A stretch of 64,000 nt of DNA from Dimorphilus gyrociliatus (lineage: Eukaryota; Animalia; Annelida), in the NCBI GenBank assembly GCA_904063045.1, contig CAJFCJ010000015.1:744001-808000 (forward strand), given 5' to 3'. Below are positions 10,812 to 24,266 of this stretch, one piece after another. The position numbers and the translations under genes are program-made. The notes under the pieces were generated by a model. The model was not told where the DNA came from, made no database searches, and saw only the letters and a list, made by a program, of their open reading frames with translations. Each line of letters begins with the position of its first letter. Position 1 is the first letter of the stretch.

Positions 10812-12438
10812 CGTTATAGGTTAACTTTTTCTGAGATTTTTGTGTCAAATAAATGGATGATAGAATAGGTTATTTATTTAAAAAATTAATAAAGAACCAC
10901 TTTGAATCATTAAACTTAAAATTATGCATATTAAATAATTAGAATATTCATATTAATAACTATACGGTAATGTTTATTAATGAGATAATACATTATTTTC
11001 TAATTAGACTAAACATGTGGCTAATAGATCAACCTTGAAGAAATGAGGTTATTATTTTTATCCAGATAATTATTGACTCATACCTAGCTTATCTGAGAGT
11101 AAATTTATGCAAATTTGATAAGGAATAGATTCCCTTAATTTAAGAAGATTTAAAGAATAATACTTGCATAGAACTATTAAATAAAGAATGCATACTTAAA
11201 TTTTCTTACTAATTAATTATATTAACAAATCTTGCAAAATCCTAAAGCTATTACGTAATCAATATTAAAAAAAAAGATACTATATATAGCCTTAGTGTTA
11301 CTTGTATAATAAAATAGATATATTTTCCTAATATTTGAATATAATCTAATTAATATTAGATATTTTTTAAAAATTCAAAATGTATTGTTATTCTATATCT
11401 GGCAATTGTAAGCTAATTCACTTTCAGTATTAAACAAGGACAATATCTATCAAAACTCTTTCAGGTAGCAGGAATTAATTTTATAATTAGATCTATAGAT
11501 AAGAGAAATTTGGCCTATCACGTCTACCAAATCGGCTGATGCTATTTCAACCTAGAAAACGAGGTGACCTATTCAAGTTTTATATATTTTTCATATGCAT
11601 AATTTAAAAATAGTAGATTAAATCAGTTTATATAGATTTAATGCTAATGCACTAGTAATCATCAATCAAAGATACATCGTCTAAAATCCTCTTGCAGAAC
11701 TCTAACAGATTTTTGTTACCTATAAAATTCTTTATATATATTATAGGTTACGATTTCAAAAATAGTATAACAAGTTATATATCAACAGATTACACGAAAT
11801 AAGAACAATTAATTCTCATGTTGATTTTGTCAAGGAAACTTAAAACTTGATTAAGATCTGTGATAAAGTACATTTTTGTTTATTTCTGGCCTTTGCTACC
11901 TTTGGCGTGTTAAGTCTCACTTGTTAAGGGAGTAAAATACCACCTCAATACTTTTATAATATAATAAAATATCCTTTTCCCATTAGACTTCTATAAATTA
12001 TAGCCTTAAGAAATCTTTATTGGGTAGACACTTATCACATATCTCTACTTCCACTTTTCTGATTCTTCTCAAGTGTCCATATCCCCGTCGAAGGGAGACT
12101 GTAAAAGACTATTCCTACTGTCAAATGATATATCATCTTCCCTATCTTTGAAGAGGGAATTGCCAACAAATTTCAAATTCAATACAAAAGTATCTTGAAC
12201 ATTTTGCCCGACATAAGAGCTGGATATAACTATTGTAGAGATATTGTTCAGATTCTTATGCGTCTTATCTTAACATTCATTAAAAATTTTAAGTCTTTAA
12301 TCATTCGTGTGTATTAAGCTTGTATTAAACAATTAAAATAAAATATTTTTAATATTATTCAATTCATTGATTATTCTACCTAATATATCTTTTAATTAAA
12401 TTAGAGATATTAATAAATAAATCAAAATATTTTTGTTA

Positions 12439-15400
12439 TTAAGCACATGACTTATTGGAGATGGCATTACAACCCCGATACGATCCAATAGAGTTGAGAC
12501 AATTATCTCTGTAATACTTGTAGTCGAAATATCGACGATTGGTCTTGAAATAATCAATAATATCTTTCCATAATTTGTCACAAGACAGAAGTTTTGCGTT
12601 ACCTATAAAATAGAAAATAATACTTTTAGTCTTCTAAAAAATATACTTATGTACAGTTTAGGAATGAAAAATATAGTACTAACCTACTATAATTAATCCA
12701 TATTTTGCTCTTGTTAAAGCTACGCAGGCTTGGTTTGGATCGGTAATGAAACCTAAATTTTTCTTTTTCCATCCATCACTTGCTTCACGATCAATATCAT
12801 GCTCTCCAAGAGATCGAACCGTACTAAAGATAACGTAGTCCCATTCTCCTCCCTGACTACTTGAAACCGTTCTGACATCATAATCGCAGTGTCCTTCGCT
12901 GCTTAATTCCTTTTGAATGGCGTTACATTGAGCCCTATACTGGGATAGTAGTCCGATTTTTGCACGTGGGCAAATATATCGTAGTGCACGAAAGATTTCA
13001 ATTGCAGCATGAACTTCTTCGTCATTCTTTTTTGAGTGCTCGTGCCCCTCCTCTGTAGTCACTGTAAGAGACTCTTCATCTCCTTCCAGTTGACAAAAAG
13101 CCATTTCTTCAAACTTAAACTTTTTATTTAAGTTAACCGTTTTGAGCTTTCCTTCATAAAATAATTTGGATGCTAATTTGCAAATAGTTGGTTTCATACG
13201 ATATTGATCTTCCAACATGCTGGAAGAAGTTTCTAAAACGTTAAAAATTTCAAAGAGTGATTTCCCCATCTCCAGATCTTGGGCAATTTTTGAAAAGATG
13301 GTTGCTTTTAGTTGTTTATGATCTCCAATTAGGACAACTTGCTTCGGTTTGTAAGTAGCAATTGGTAATAAAGTCTCAGGTTCAATGCACATTCCTGCTT
13401 CATCAACAATACATTGTTCCACTTTGTCTTTCAAGGATTCAATTACGCGATCATTACCACAAAGACTTGTTGTACATAAGATTATATCATATTTTTGAGT
13501 TTCTTCTATGGATGCTAAACGTAGAATTTTCTTATAACGATCAATATCCGTTTCTAAAGCCTCTTCTGGCTTCAAACGCTTAAATGTCTGATCAAACTGT
13601 AAAATTTCTCGTGAATACTTTGCTTTTTCTTGTCGAATCAAATGATGTAGAGAACAATATTTAAGTAGAGGATTGCATTTTTCCCGTTTCGTATATGCTG
13701 AACGTGGTATCGGAAAGTCTGATTGTTCGTATTGTGATCCATAAATTCGTAATATCTTCGTATCTGGTAAACACTCTTTAAACACCATGGCCACAACATC
13801 AACTGAACGATTAGATGGTCCACAATACATTACTTTTTTCTTCTTCTGGTTTAATTGTTGATGCTTGAATGCATTTATGATACTATACCAGTATGCTATA
13901 CGAACACCCGTAACGGTTTTACCCGTTCCTGGTGGTCCCCAAATTAGAGTAAATTCATTTTGCATTGCATTTATAATTTTTTCCTTTTGTATGTTATTAA
14001 CAGATCGAAAATATTGACTTGGAACGTCTGGAAAGTTATCAAATGTGTCTGCTAAATAATCCAAACTCGAGATGTCCCCGACGACTTTACTTTTAATTTG
14101 TCTCATTGCAAGTTTAGGTGCTATATGAGAATCTATATCCATTGATTTTATTTCCCTTAAGGCTTTTTTCATTCTTAAATACATGGGACTGAGTGGAATC
14201 AGTGTAAAATTCCCCTTTATTCCCGACTCGAAGATTTCAGTAGGTATATTCATATTAGAATGATGTAGTCGGAAGCGGAAGGTATCTTTTGACTTTGACT
14301 TGTTAAACTCATGGTTAATTTGTATAAGGTGTGCAACTAATATTACTTTTGATGAGAGTAGTCTATCTATACTTTTATCGTTTAAAAACTCATTTTTATC
14401 TCTTATTATAGTCCTCTCAGTTTGAAAACAAGCCAAAAATGGATTTTCATCTGCATCCTCATCTAACGTTTGTAATATTTCTCTCTGTTTCAAAAATCTT
14501 CGTTTTAGACTAAACTTAACAATAATGTTGCCTTCTTTCCGCTGCCACTTGGTCATTACATCTTGGATAATTATGTTGTCTTTAGACGAAGTTGCTTGCT
14601 GAACATATTCAATAGTTAATAGATCATTCCACGCTTGTATGTATCTGTCTAAATTTTTGTGTCCAAAATGAATATTACGTTTAATATCACGACAAAAGCA
14701 AAGAACTGGATTTTCGCAATGTTCAATACAAAAGCCCAGTTTGTTAGTTAATTTAACGACCTTTACAGATGTCTGCCAATTTTTAACATCATTCTTTCTA
14801 TCTATCTGAACTAATATTTGATCAGAAACTTGGAAATCTCTTGTAAAAGAAACGTAATGATCAACTATAAGATTATCCCTAACTTCCGATGACACTTCTG
14901 ATGACTCATCCCTAGACGCCGAGGAATTGACTTTAGAAATCCGATCAGATATCTTTACCTCTCTCTTGAAATAGTGTTCATCATTGTTTACAATACTTTG
15001 TAATATATTGTTCCATTGAGTCGAATTAATTTTAACAGCTTTTCTGTCAGATCCTAAATGTTTTGTTTGTGATGCAGATATTAATAATCTAGCTGAATTC
15101 GTCTCATTTTCAGCTATGTTATAAATTCGTTTTTTCCAAGAAACAAGCAAACGCTCCTCTCCTAATGATGGCATACAACTTGGGAAAAGTTTAGCTAAAC
15201 GAATTTGAAATTTATGATCATGATATGTTACTTCCAACATTTCTTTATTCACATCGGTTATTATCATATTGAGAAGAGATGGTCCTGATCTTAAAGCATT
15301 GGCTAACCGAATTTCAATAGCTTCTTTTTCATATTTTTTTTGCTTTTTAACTGCTTGGTTTATATTTGATATCATTTCATCAGTATTGAAGATCAATTCC

Positions 15401-18400
15401 TCTTTATTCATTAGGTGTTTTAATAGTCGATGTGCAATAATATCCGAATAACGCCGAATAGGTGATGTAAACCAAGTATAAGCCTCTGCCTGAAGAGTAA
15501 AGTGCCTAATTGATTCTTCTCTACCAGATCTTATTACAGCGTTATTTTGAATTTCATGCCATTCTTTTATAGGAACTACTAAACTGGGATGGTTTAACTC
15601 TCGGCATATTAAATTCATAGCCTTTTTCATATTGTAACCATTTACAAAACGTACAACATCTTTCCAAACATCTTCTCTTAAGATAGTACGTTTTTCAAAT
15701 TCTAAAGCATTTCGACCTGTCATGCTAACAGCTCTTTTCAAGTATAACGATGCAGAAATATCTGCTTTGTATTTTTCAAAGTATAACTCTAGTGCGGATT
15801 TATCAGGTTCATCCTGCGAACGGAAGATGGCTTGAGCTCTACTCTCTGTCATAAAATATTGGCCAACGCTTTTGTTAGTTGCAATCATAAATTCTTCAAC
15901 AAGCCAATGTGCTTCTGGATCATCAATTTTAAGATCAATGAATCTTGACGCTTCTCCCATTCTAGATCTTCTAATATCTTGCGCAATTTCCCAAAGTTTT
16001 CGAACAATAGAACTCCATTCTTTATCGTTGTTCTGACCTTCATCGTCTAAAGCTTCTTGGACTTCTTCATAGTTCAAGCGAAATTTTGATCGTATATTTT
16101 CGAATTCGACGTGTAAATGTTTGTCTTCCAAAGACCATAAAGAATTTCTCCGTTCAAAATGATGATAAATACTTACAACAGCTTTAACTTGATCTGGTAG
16201 TAGACTTAGAGTACTTACAACATTATTTGGTAACATATGAATTACATTATCGCTGCTCGGATAGTAAGATGTTATTCGCTCTCTAGCCATTTTATCAATT
16301 TCATCATCTACTTTAATGAGACTCGTAACATCGGCGATGTGAACGCCAACAATACAATGATCATCATCTATTTCTCTTAGAGAAAGACCATCATCTAAGT
16401 CAGTGGACTTTGGTGGATCAATTGTTAACACAGTAATTTGGTCATTCACTTTATCTTTTGCAATTTTCTTCTTATTTAGTTTAACGTTTTCGTGTTTTTC
16501 AATAGCATAACGTAAATTGAGTTGGTTAAAGCAATCTTGAATTGTTTTAGGTTCATCAAATGAGTCTATTACTATACCTCTAGGATAGTGGTGAAACTCG
16601 CTCCATTTTAATAGACGCACTTTGTATATGGCATTTACGTTAATAGTTCGGTTTTCACTTTCAGTTTCACTTTTCCAAATAGTAATATAATTCTTTGCGT
16701 CGGATCTAACTTTTGCTTGAAGAACGTGTACTTTAGGTATTGATTGACAGATGGGACGTAGGAGATTGCAATGGTAAATGTTTGCTCCACAATAAAGAAT
16801 TTTTCCTTCAATTTCTCGTTCTCTACGTAAAACTCCAACAACCTTCCCACACTTTTCGCCTTTATGAGCTTTTACATATTTACTTTTGCCGTTTATAACC
16901 ATTTCTTCAACAAGAACAATATCTCCTGTGAAAGCCATGCCAGCCCTAAATCTTGAATTTATAACAAAACGGGAAACCCCCATGTTTTCTAAGGGTTTTG
17001 CTTTTGCTAAATCTCTTGTTAGAATTTTTATTTCGCATTCAAAGTACTTTTCTGGTTCATATTGAAGGAGTTGTAAACATTCTTCCCTATCCTTCATGTG
17101 ATATTTTCTCTTTATATTTCGAGATGAGCAATTACTTTCAAGTATACTCTCTATGTCGTCATTTTCGTTATCTTCAGAACAGAAATCTTCCTCTTCGGCA
17201 GTAGAAGGAATATTATATTCATTAGATATATTGAAGTAAGATTCCGATTCATCCGAAGAAGGTAAATCACTTTCTTCATTATCATTTGATGATGACGTAT
17301 CGTTTTCCTTAAGCATCTGGCTTTTCTGATAGTTTCTTAATATTTCATCAGTATTTATGTCTTTGGGTCCTGTTGATATATTTGCTAATGCTCCGTAAGT
17401 TTTCAATTTGATATTACTCTCTAATTGATCAATTGAAAAATTCTCCGGTTCTATCGATTTATTTTTAATACATTCTTTTAAATATTTTATCCAAACACGC
17501 TGACAGTTCCCTTCTGAACATAGACGCTGCGCATCACCTACAATAGTAATAGATGACTTTGCTCTTGTAAGTGCAGTGTTCAGCATATTTAAATCCAAGA
17601 TGTTGCGTTTTCCGGAAAAAGTGTTTAGTATAATTGCCGTATACTCGTGACCTTGTACAGAATCAATTGACAGAACGCTAACAGATTCTAGTTCTGGATA
17701 TTTATGTATCAAAGTTTTAAGTAGAGTAAGCTGTTCAGGCTCCGTTGAAAGAACAGCAACATTAAACTTATCTAACTTTCCGTTTTTCGATTTGGGCCAT
17801 GATCTAAGCATTTTCTTTAATATGGCCACCGTTTGATCTGCTTCGGGCAGACTTGACATTTGAACTTCTTCGTTTATAGACGAAACATGACAAAATCTGT
17901 TGATAAGTTTCTTATCTTAAAATACAGAATACAACAATACATTGAAAATATTTTACCTTAATGGTTGAACTTCAGGTAGGGTCCTTACAGAATTATGACA
18001 TTTCAAATCAATATGGTAAAAGTTTTCTCCAACAAACTTGACAATTTCTTCACAACTTCTATAAACAACTGTCAAATTTACTCTAAAATCTGCCATATTA
18101 TTTCTTATATAGTCTTTATAGAGTCTATTAAGAATCGATACGTGATACCCATGTGACTTTATGTTTTCACAAATAATCGTAGGATTAATTTGAATATGAT
18201 CTCCGGCAATAACAATCTAAAAAAATTACAAACATAATCTCTGTTATCATACTGTATAAACTATTTAATAAAAATCCTACCTTAGTATTTTCATTGGCTA
18301 ATGATAAAGGTATTAAAGTCTCTGGTTCTGTACACTGAGCAACTTCATCCAGAAATATGCTAGTGAAATATTTCTTTAATTTTAGTTTTTGGCTTATGAA

Positions 18401-21400
18401 AAAACAATTTTCATAAGAAGATACAATTATTTTATGCTTTTTTATCGATTCTTCCGTTATTGTAGTTAAATTCTTTATTAGAAATAAGGTACTTAATCCT
18501 ACAAGATTTTGCTTGAAAACTTCGCAAGAACTGTTAAAAATACATTTAGTTATCAGGTGAAAAACGAGCAAAATTGAAACGAACCTTGCGTTTCTTGTTG
18601 TGATTAATATTCGAGATCTGGGATTTGTTTTAGTCAAGAGAAGCGCTGTTCGGGCTAGTGAATAGCTTTTACCAGATCCGAAAGGACCATATAATATTAA
18701 AGGAGGAGCTACAGTACTGTAAGTACTTTGACAATATCTATATACTGCCAGCTGTTCTTCTGACAAATCTTTCATTAGTTCATCATATTTCTCATCACAC
18801 TGTACCAACTCGCTTTGCTTTGGAAATATGAAATCTAGACGAAATCTCTTAAAATCTCCCAAGGACTGATTAATCATTGCAAACATTCTAAAGTCTAATT
18901 GGAATTGTACTTCCAATGATTCACAACGATTCAGCGATAACCAATAATCTGCCAAAATGAGTAAGGTAATGACATTTACATCCACTTTATCTATAGTTGC
19001 TTCGTACACAGTCAGCTGGTCAACCTCGTTAGGATTGTGAAGACGTACGCATTTTATCATTTCGCGAAAGGATAAAAGGGTTGTTAAAGCATCTTCGATA
19101 CCATCGAAACCGAGCTTTATGCTTACATACTTTCTATTCGTTATTTTTGTTGCTTTGCCTTTTACAGGTAGTTTAAATATCCTTTGTGATCTTCTCTTTC
19201 TCTCCGATGCTTCCGATTTGATGACAGTTTCCATTTGAGATGTATAATTGTTCCTATTCAAATTGTTCATTAAACCTTCCTTTAAAATATCAAAATTAAA
19301 GGATTTGGTTATTTTCTGAGGTGTATTTTCCAGTCGTTTAATACAAATAGTTCCTGGATCCCATATATTTTGCATAACTTCTCCTTTTTTTACTTTTCTT
19401 ATTGTTCCATGTTTGGCTTCAACAGTTACTTTTAGTTTTATAAGTAATGCAGGTCTTGTGTCAAAATCGAGAACCAACCACTGAAAGTTAAAGTTATACA
19501 GTTAAAAGAAACAGTTATAAAAAATAAATTGTCAGTTATATTAACTTGTTCATACACTCCAAAAATATGCGTTTCAAATATAACGCTGATATTGAAAACG
19601 TTGTGTCCATTTCCTCTTAACTCGTCTTTGGATGCCATTCGTTCCCACTTTGTTTTCAATAATCTAAATCGAGTATCATCCTTCAATAATACTGCTTTTT
19701 CAAAGGAAAATTTCGGCTGTTTCAAATTGATATTTAAATAAATTATTAATACTTTAGTTATAACAATTTTTGATGCTTTACATGATTATTTTGCATTTGA
19801 ATATTCCAAATTTTTGTTGCTTTCTCTCTTCCATCGCAGTCGATTTGTAAAGTTATTTCTTTCTCACGTTTTTCTAGCAATTCTTGTTGAGAGCCATCAT
19901 TATAGAATAAATTCACTTTATCAAGGTTTTCTATTAGCTACAATATATAAATATCAAAATATAACGTTATTTCAACGTTATTATTATTTTTAGTATGACT
20001 TATACGTACTACATCAGGTTTATTGTCGGATTCTTCATATTCTTCCGATAGTTGTTTGATGAATGAAGAATCTTTCGATAGTTTCAAGCTTTTACGCAAA
20101 TGCACTTCCATATTAATTCTGTCTTTCCATTCTGCCAATTCTTCGTTACTATGAGCTTCAGAACACAAATCAGCAAACTGACAAGTTCCAATGCTATAAA
20201 GATGGAGAAGAAATACAAGGATAAATACACAAATCATTACTTTAAATAGATTTCTTACTTTCTGCAAAGTTTAAGTTGACTTAACTGGACACCTAGAGGA
20301 GGATCACGATGAGTCCAATAAGTATTATCTACACTATCAATCAAAAGCAAATTGTGTTGAGGACTACTCTTATGATGATCCAAGTCAATTAAATTATTGA
20401 ATTTCTCATTACAACGTTTGCAGAAATACTGTGATCCAGATCCAACACTTATTCGGCTACTTTGAATAGCCATATGCAAGGTAGTAACTGTAAGAAGTGT
20501 AAGCATTTACTAATCTATTATTTTCGAATCTTCTACTAATACAAACTGTTTTTTTCATACATCCACTTCCATACAATATCTTCCTGTTGAGTAGGCTCTA
20601 TTTTCCAACTTCCATCTGAAAGAGGGCATTTTATTTCATTAAATAGAACTTAACGAAATTGTATTAAACCTTTACCTTTCTCTTTAAATGGTATACTACG
20701 AATTACATATTCACTATCCTTTAAACAAATTTGTAGACCCTCATCCCATTTATGGCATTGCTGATTCTTTTTTGGTGGTTTACAATTTCCACCACTTTTC
20801 TTTGATATTCTTCCTCCATATAAATTCCAACAAGAACCGCAAGCCCATTCTAAATTAAAGGGGCAATTTGATGGTAGGCTTGGAATAGCTTTCTTACTAG
20901 TTAATGGTTGAACTGTCTGACTATTTGACCACAGCTGCAAGAGAATATCTGAAGCCTTCCACATTTGTTTTTCCAGTTCGCTGTGAGCTCCTTTACATTT
21001 GCTTCTATCTAAGCAGTTGTCCAAATCCTGACATAGATGGTACTCGTTATCTTCAATTTGTGGTCGAGGAAATATAAAGATCCTTTCGCTCTCCTCAGAA
21101 TGCTGATAAATCGTTAAATCCTCTTTCTGAAATGGTAACCCAATTAATACGCAATTTTGTTTAATAGCTTGCTCTTACCGCTTCACAGAAGATACATTCA
21201 TCTTTCGTTTTTACTTCAATTTTACTAGGAATACTGAGATAACATTTTAAGCATACTCTTTCAAATGAACCTGGATAGTATCTTCGAAAGTAGTTAATGT
21301 TCAATTGTTTGTTCTTATTCTTCGTTTCTCGAAGTTGGCTCATAAAATTTTGTAAATCAAAACTTTTCTCGATAAATTCTGCAGTCCAAATCTTTCTTTC

Positions 21401-23264
21401 TTCTTCGTTGTGGACAAATTTACAATTCAAGCGTGAACCAATTTTACAGTTTTTTCCCTTTTTGAATTCTATACATGTCTTAAATTCTGTGAACGATTTT
21501 GGAAGAAGACTGTATACCCATTTTCGAATTTCAATGAATGATGCATTCTCATCTTCTCGATTCTTTATCAATAAAATATTTAAATCACAATCGTGTTCTT
21601 TCTCTTTTTCCATCGTTATGATAATTTCCTTTTTCTGCGATTGTGAATTTACTGATTGTTTTGAAATGCAGCAACGCCAACAAGCTAATTTAACATCATA
21701 ATTCGGTAGAGGAAATTGTATTTTTATTTTATTTATCTTCTTTTCAGTCCAATCCAATTTTTTTAGATAAGAATCTAAGAAAAAACTAACTATGAGAGTA
21801 TGATTTTAAATATAATTGTAAATAAAGTAGACCTTTCGATAGATTAGGTTCCTGTTTCGCTTCTTCCATCTTAAGTTGGCCACATTTTCGTCTAATCAAA
21901 GGTGAATAGTCAAGCATATATTCAATTTCATGTTCATCATTAACAAAAGAATCTGAGTTTGATTTTTCTGATTTCGTATGAGTAGCAGGTGCAGTTGGTT
22001 TTTCTTGGTCTTTTATGTTTCTACCACGTTTTCTTCTACTTGTTGGCTTCTTCCTTTGTTTTCTTTCGTTTTTAGGGCGCTAAATTTTTCATAGAATCAC
22101 TGTAACCCTTTCTTGTTGCTTAAAAAGTACCTACCGGCAAATGACTTTTGTTTATCCATTCATCATCAATTTCTTTAAGTTTTTCATCCCTTTCTTTTAT
22201 CTCTCTATCAATTTTTTCTTTAAGTTCCTCCAACTTTTTCTGATAATCATTTTCCTATAAATGTTAGAAGTAGTAGTTAATGTATAAATTACTATTATAG
22301 GAAAATCAGATAAGAATTACTTCTGTGTCATATTTCTCAGCCGTACTTATTTCTTCCAAAGCTTTAACATATTCCTTTAAACGATTATAAACTAATGCCC
22401 GATAGAAGCAGATTTCGATAGCGTGAAAATCCGGTACCATACATCTTACTATATATATATAATAGTAATTTAATAATCGAAACTGAATGACGCAAGTAAG
22501 AATGATTATGACTCACGGTCGCTTGTAAATCTCAGTATTTCTCGACAAGAAAAATTTTCTGAAAACTGAAAGTAGGATAAATAAATATACAGATTGCTAA
22601 GAATAATGTTTCTTACTTCATTACTGATTGAATAAATCATTTTAACGGTTTCATAGAGATTTTTCACTTTCAAGTCTTCCTCCTTTATAGCTAATTTTGT
22701 AGAGCAGAGATCTTTACATAAATCAACAGCTTTCTGTGTTACCTCTAAACAAGCAAATTGAAAGCATATACAATTGTTTGAAACTATTTCTTCAAATGCA
22801 AATTGTGCCTCTTCTAGAAGATTAATAAGTGTATCGTTACTGTCGGAAAAATGACGGAGGTTAGCAGTGCGTTCGTAATAAACCATTACATTTAAATCGT
22901 TAATTGACCCCAGCTCCTTGTCTATTATATTAAATCTAATAAATACTCTGACGAACCTATACAAGAAATATATTATATTTTTTTAATATCTAGATAAGGG
23001 TATTTTCATTGTTTCTCACCAACGAGGATCGTTGAATTTGAAATCGATAATAGACATAGTTTCTAAGAGCTTAGAAAAAACGACTTTGAGTTGTTTATGT
23101 ACAGTTAGAAGCCAGTTTTTGTATTCGTCCTCGCCCATAGTTCCAAAACCTGTTCCAGAACATTTCTGAAGAAGTTCTCTCCAAGCTATATTTGAAATCT
23201 CAACAAGCTTCCTAATTTCCTCCTCAAATTCGCGAGTTTTCTTTAGTTCACAGAGTGACACCAT
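12439..23264 (-). CDS. HELZ2: HELZ2-like helicase: zinc fingers, two SF1 (UPF1-like) helicase domains and an RNB (RNase II) domain, with an N-terminal TPR/ZC3H7-like extension; about 18 exons, about 3,200 aa
   Basis: Exons splice in frame from a tentative ATG at 23264 to the stop at 12439-12441. Contains C2H2 FCKRCNEKF..HHKSSPQH, WTHRDPP, CCCH CSEAHSNEELAEW and EQWLVLDFD. Helicase 1: GPFGSGKS, DEVAQ, TALTRAKS. RNB: TIDPPKSTDLDD and YTWFTSPIRRYSD. Helicase 2: GPPGTGKT, DEAGM, QGGEWDY, VALTRAKYG. The start codon is uncertain. Confidence 0.88.
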
Positions 23265-24255
23265 CCTGTTCGTTGCAAACTTCACGAACAAGTGATCACG
23301 CCTTATGTTAATTTATAAAAAATACATTGCGAAATTCAGTTTCGATTTTTTTCTTTCCCCAAATCGAAAATCCTGCTCAACTAACTCCGATTTACAAACA
23401 ATAAATTTTAGAAACTAAAAGAACAATATATTATTATACTATCAAACACTCTCTGACAAATATGTAATAATGTGAATAGACGAAATTATCATATTGTTTC
23501 GTTTTCTATGGCCTATTTCGTAACAGATTTAACTGAAACGAGAGGAAATCCCTCCTATTACTCATCACACTGCAAATTGATCATCCAATTCTCATGTAGT
23601 ATTCATCTTAGAGATTACGGTTAAATTATATACATATTTTAAAACTGAGTAATACAACGTGTTTCTCCAACTTACGTTTTCTCTCAATAGGTATATATTT
23701 ACATGGTTTTTTAAAAAGTAGGCAGTGGGAAACAGCACTATTTTACAGTTTTAACACCAGGTAATATTTACTATTGTTATTGTAGGGATTGTTTTTATAT
23801 TGCATAATCTAAATATTAAAGTTTGAATTTTAGTCTGATCTTTTGAACATGGATTATGTAATTCACTGATTAAAATCACAATAAGCTGTCAACAAGCTAT
23901 TTATAATAGATAATATCGAATAAATACTGGTCCTTTGATTAGATAGTAATGTATTGAGTTTTATCAATTATGATACCTTTTGTTTTTGAATAAAGGAGAC
24001 TACAATAGTGTGGATAGAGTGTATCAACTATAGGGTATTTTATAAATGTGTTAGTAGGCCTTTAAAAAAGTAGTAAAAGAATTTTCTAGGCTCAAGGTCA
24101 CTAACCTTTAAAAAGTAGGTCATTGATTGTATTTCATGTAGTCCTTTATTGGGATGTTGGATATAGTAAGAATTAATGTAGTATAGTATTCAACGTATTT
24201 TTAGTTCATTTTCTAATCCGTAATTTTTTAGTATTGCGTAGATTTTAATCGAATA

Positions 24256-24266
24256 TGCCATCTGGC
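24256..24266 (-). promoter_or_regulatory. CTCF-core-like motif (GCCAGATGGCA) in the HELZ2/FASN divergent interval
   Basis: Matches the YAGRKGGCR core. Confidence 0.35.

Noticed and set aside
11650-12290. Possible decayed LINE reverse transcriptase on the minus strand (EKWK*RYVISVY.., LSFLDK..SVDI*LVIL..IKNFIGNK)
   Set aside because: Many stops, no PQG or YADD motif in the right spacing, and the resemblance is only impressionistic. Needs tBLASTx or a profile HMM.
20616-20654. Apparent in-frame TAA in HELZ2 suggesting a 39-nt intron or readthrough
   Set aside because: An upstream GTAAAG donor at 20675 gives an ordinary 60-nt in-frame intron.
23302-23414. Extra upstream coding exon for HELZ2
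   Set aside because: It would need a 24-nt intron, and reading through hits a stop. A 5'UTR intron with the ATG at 23264 is simpler.
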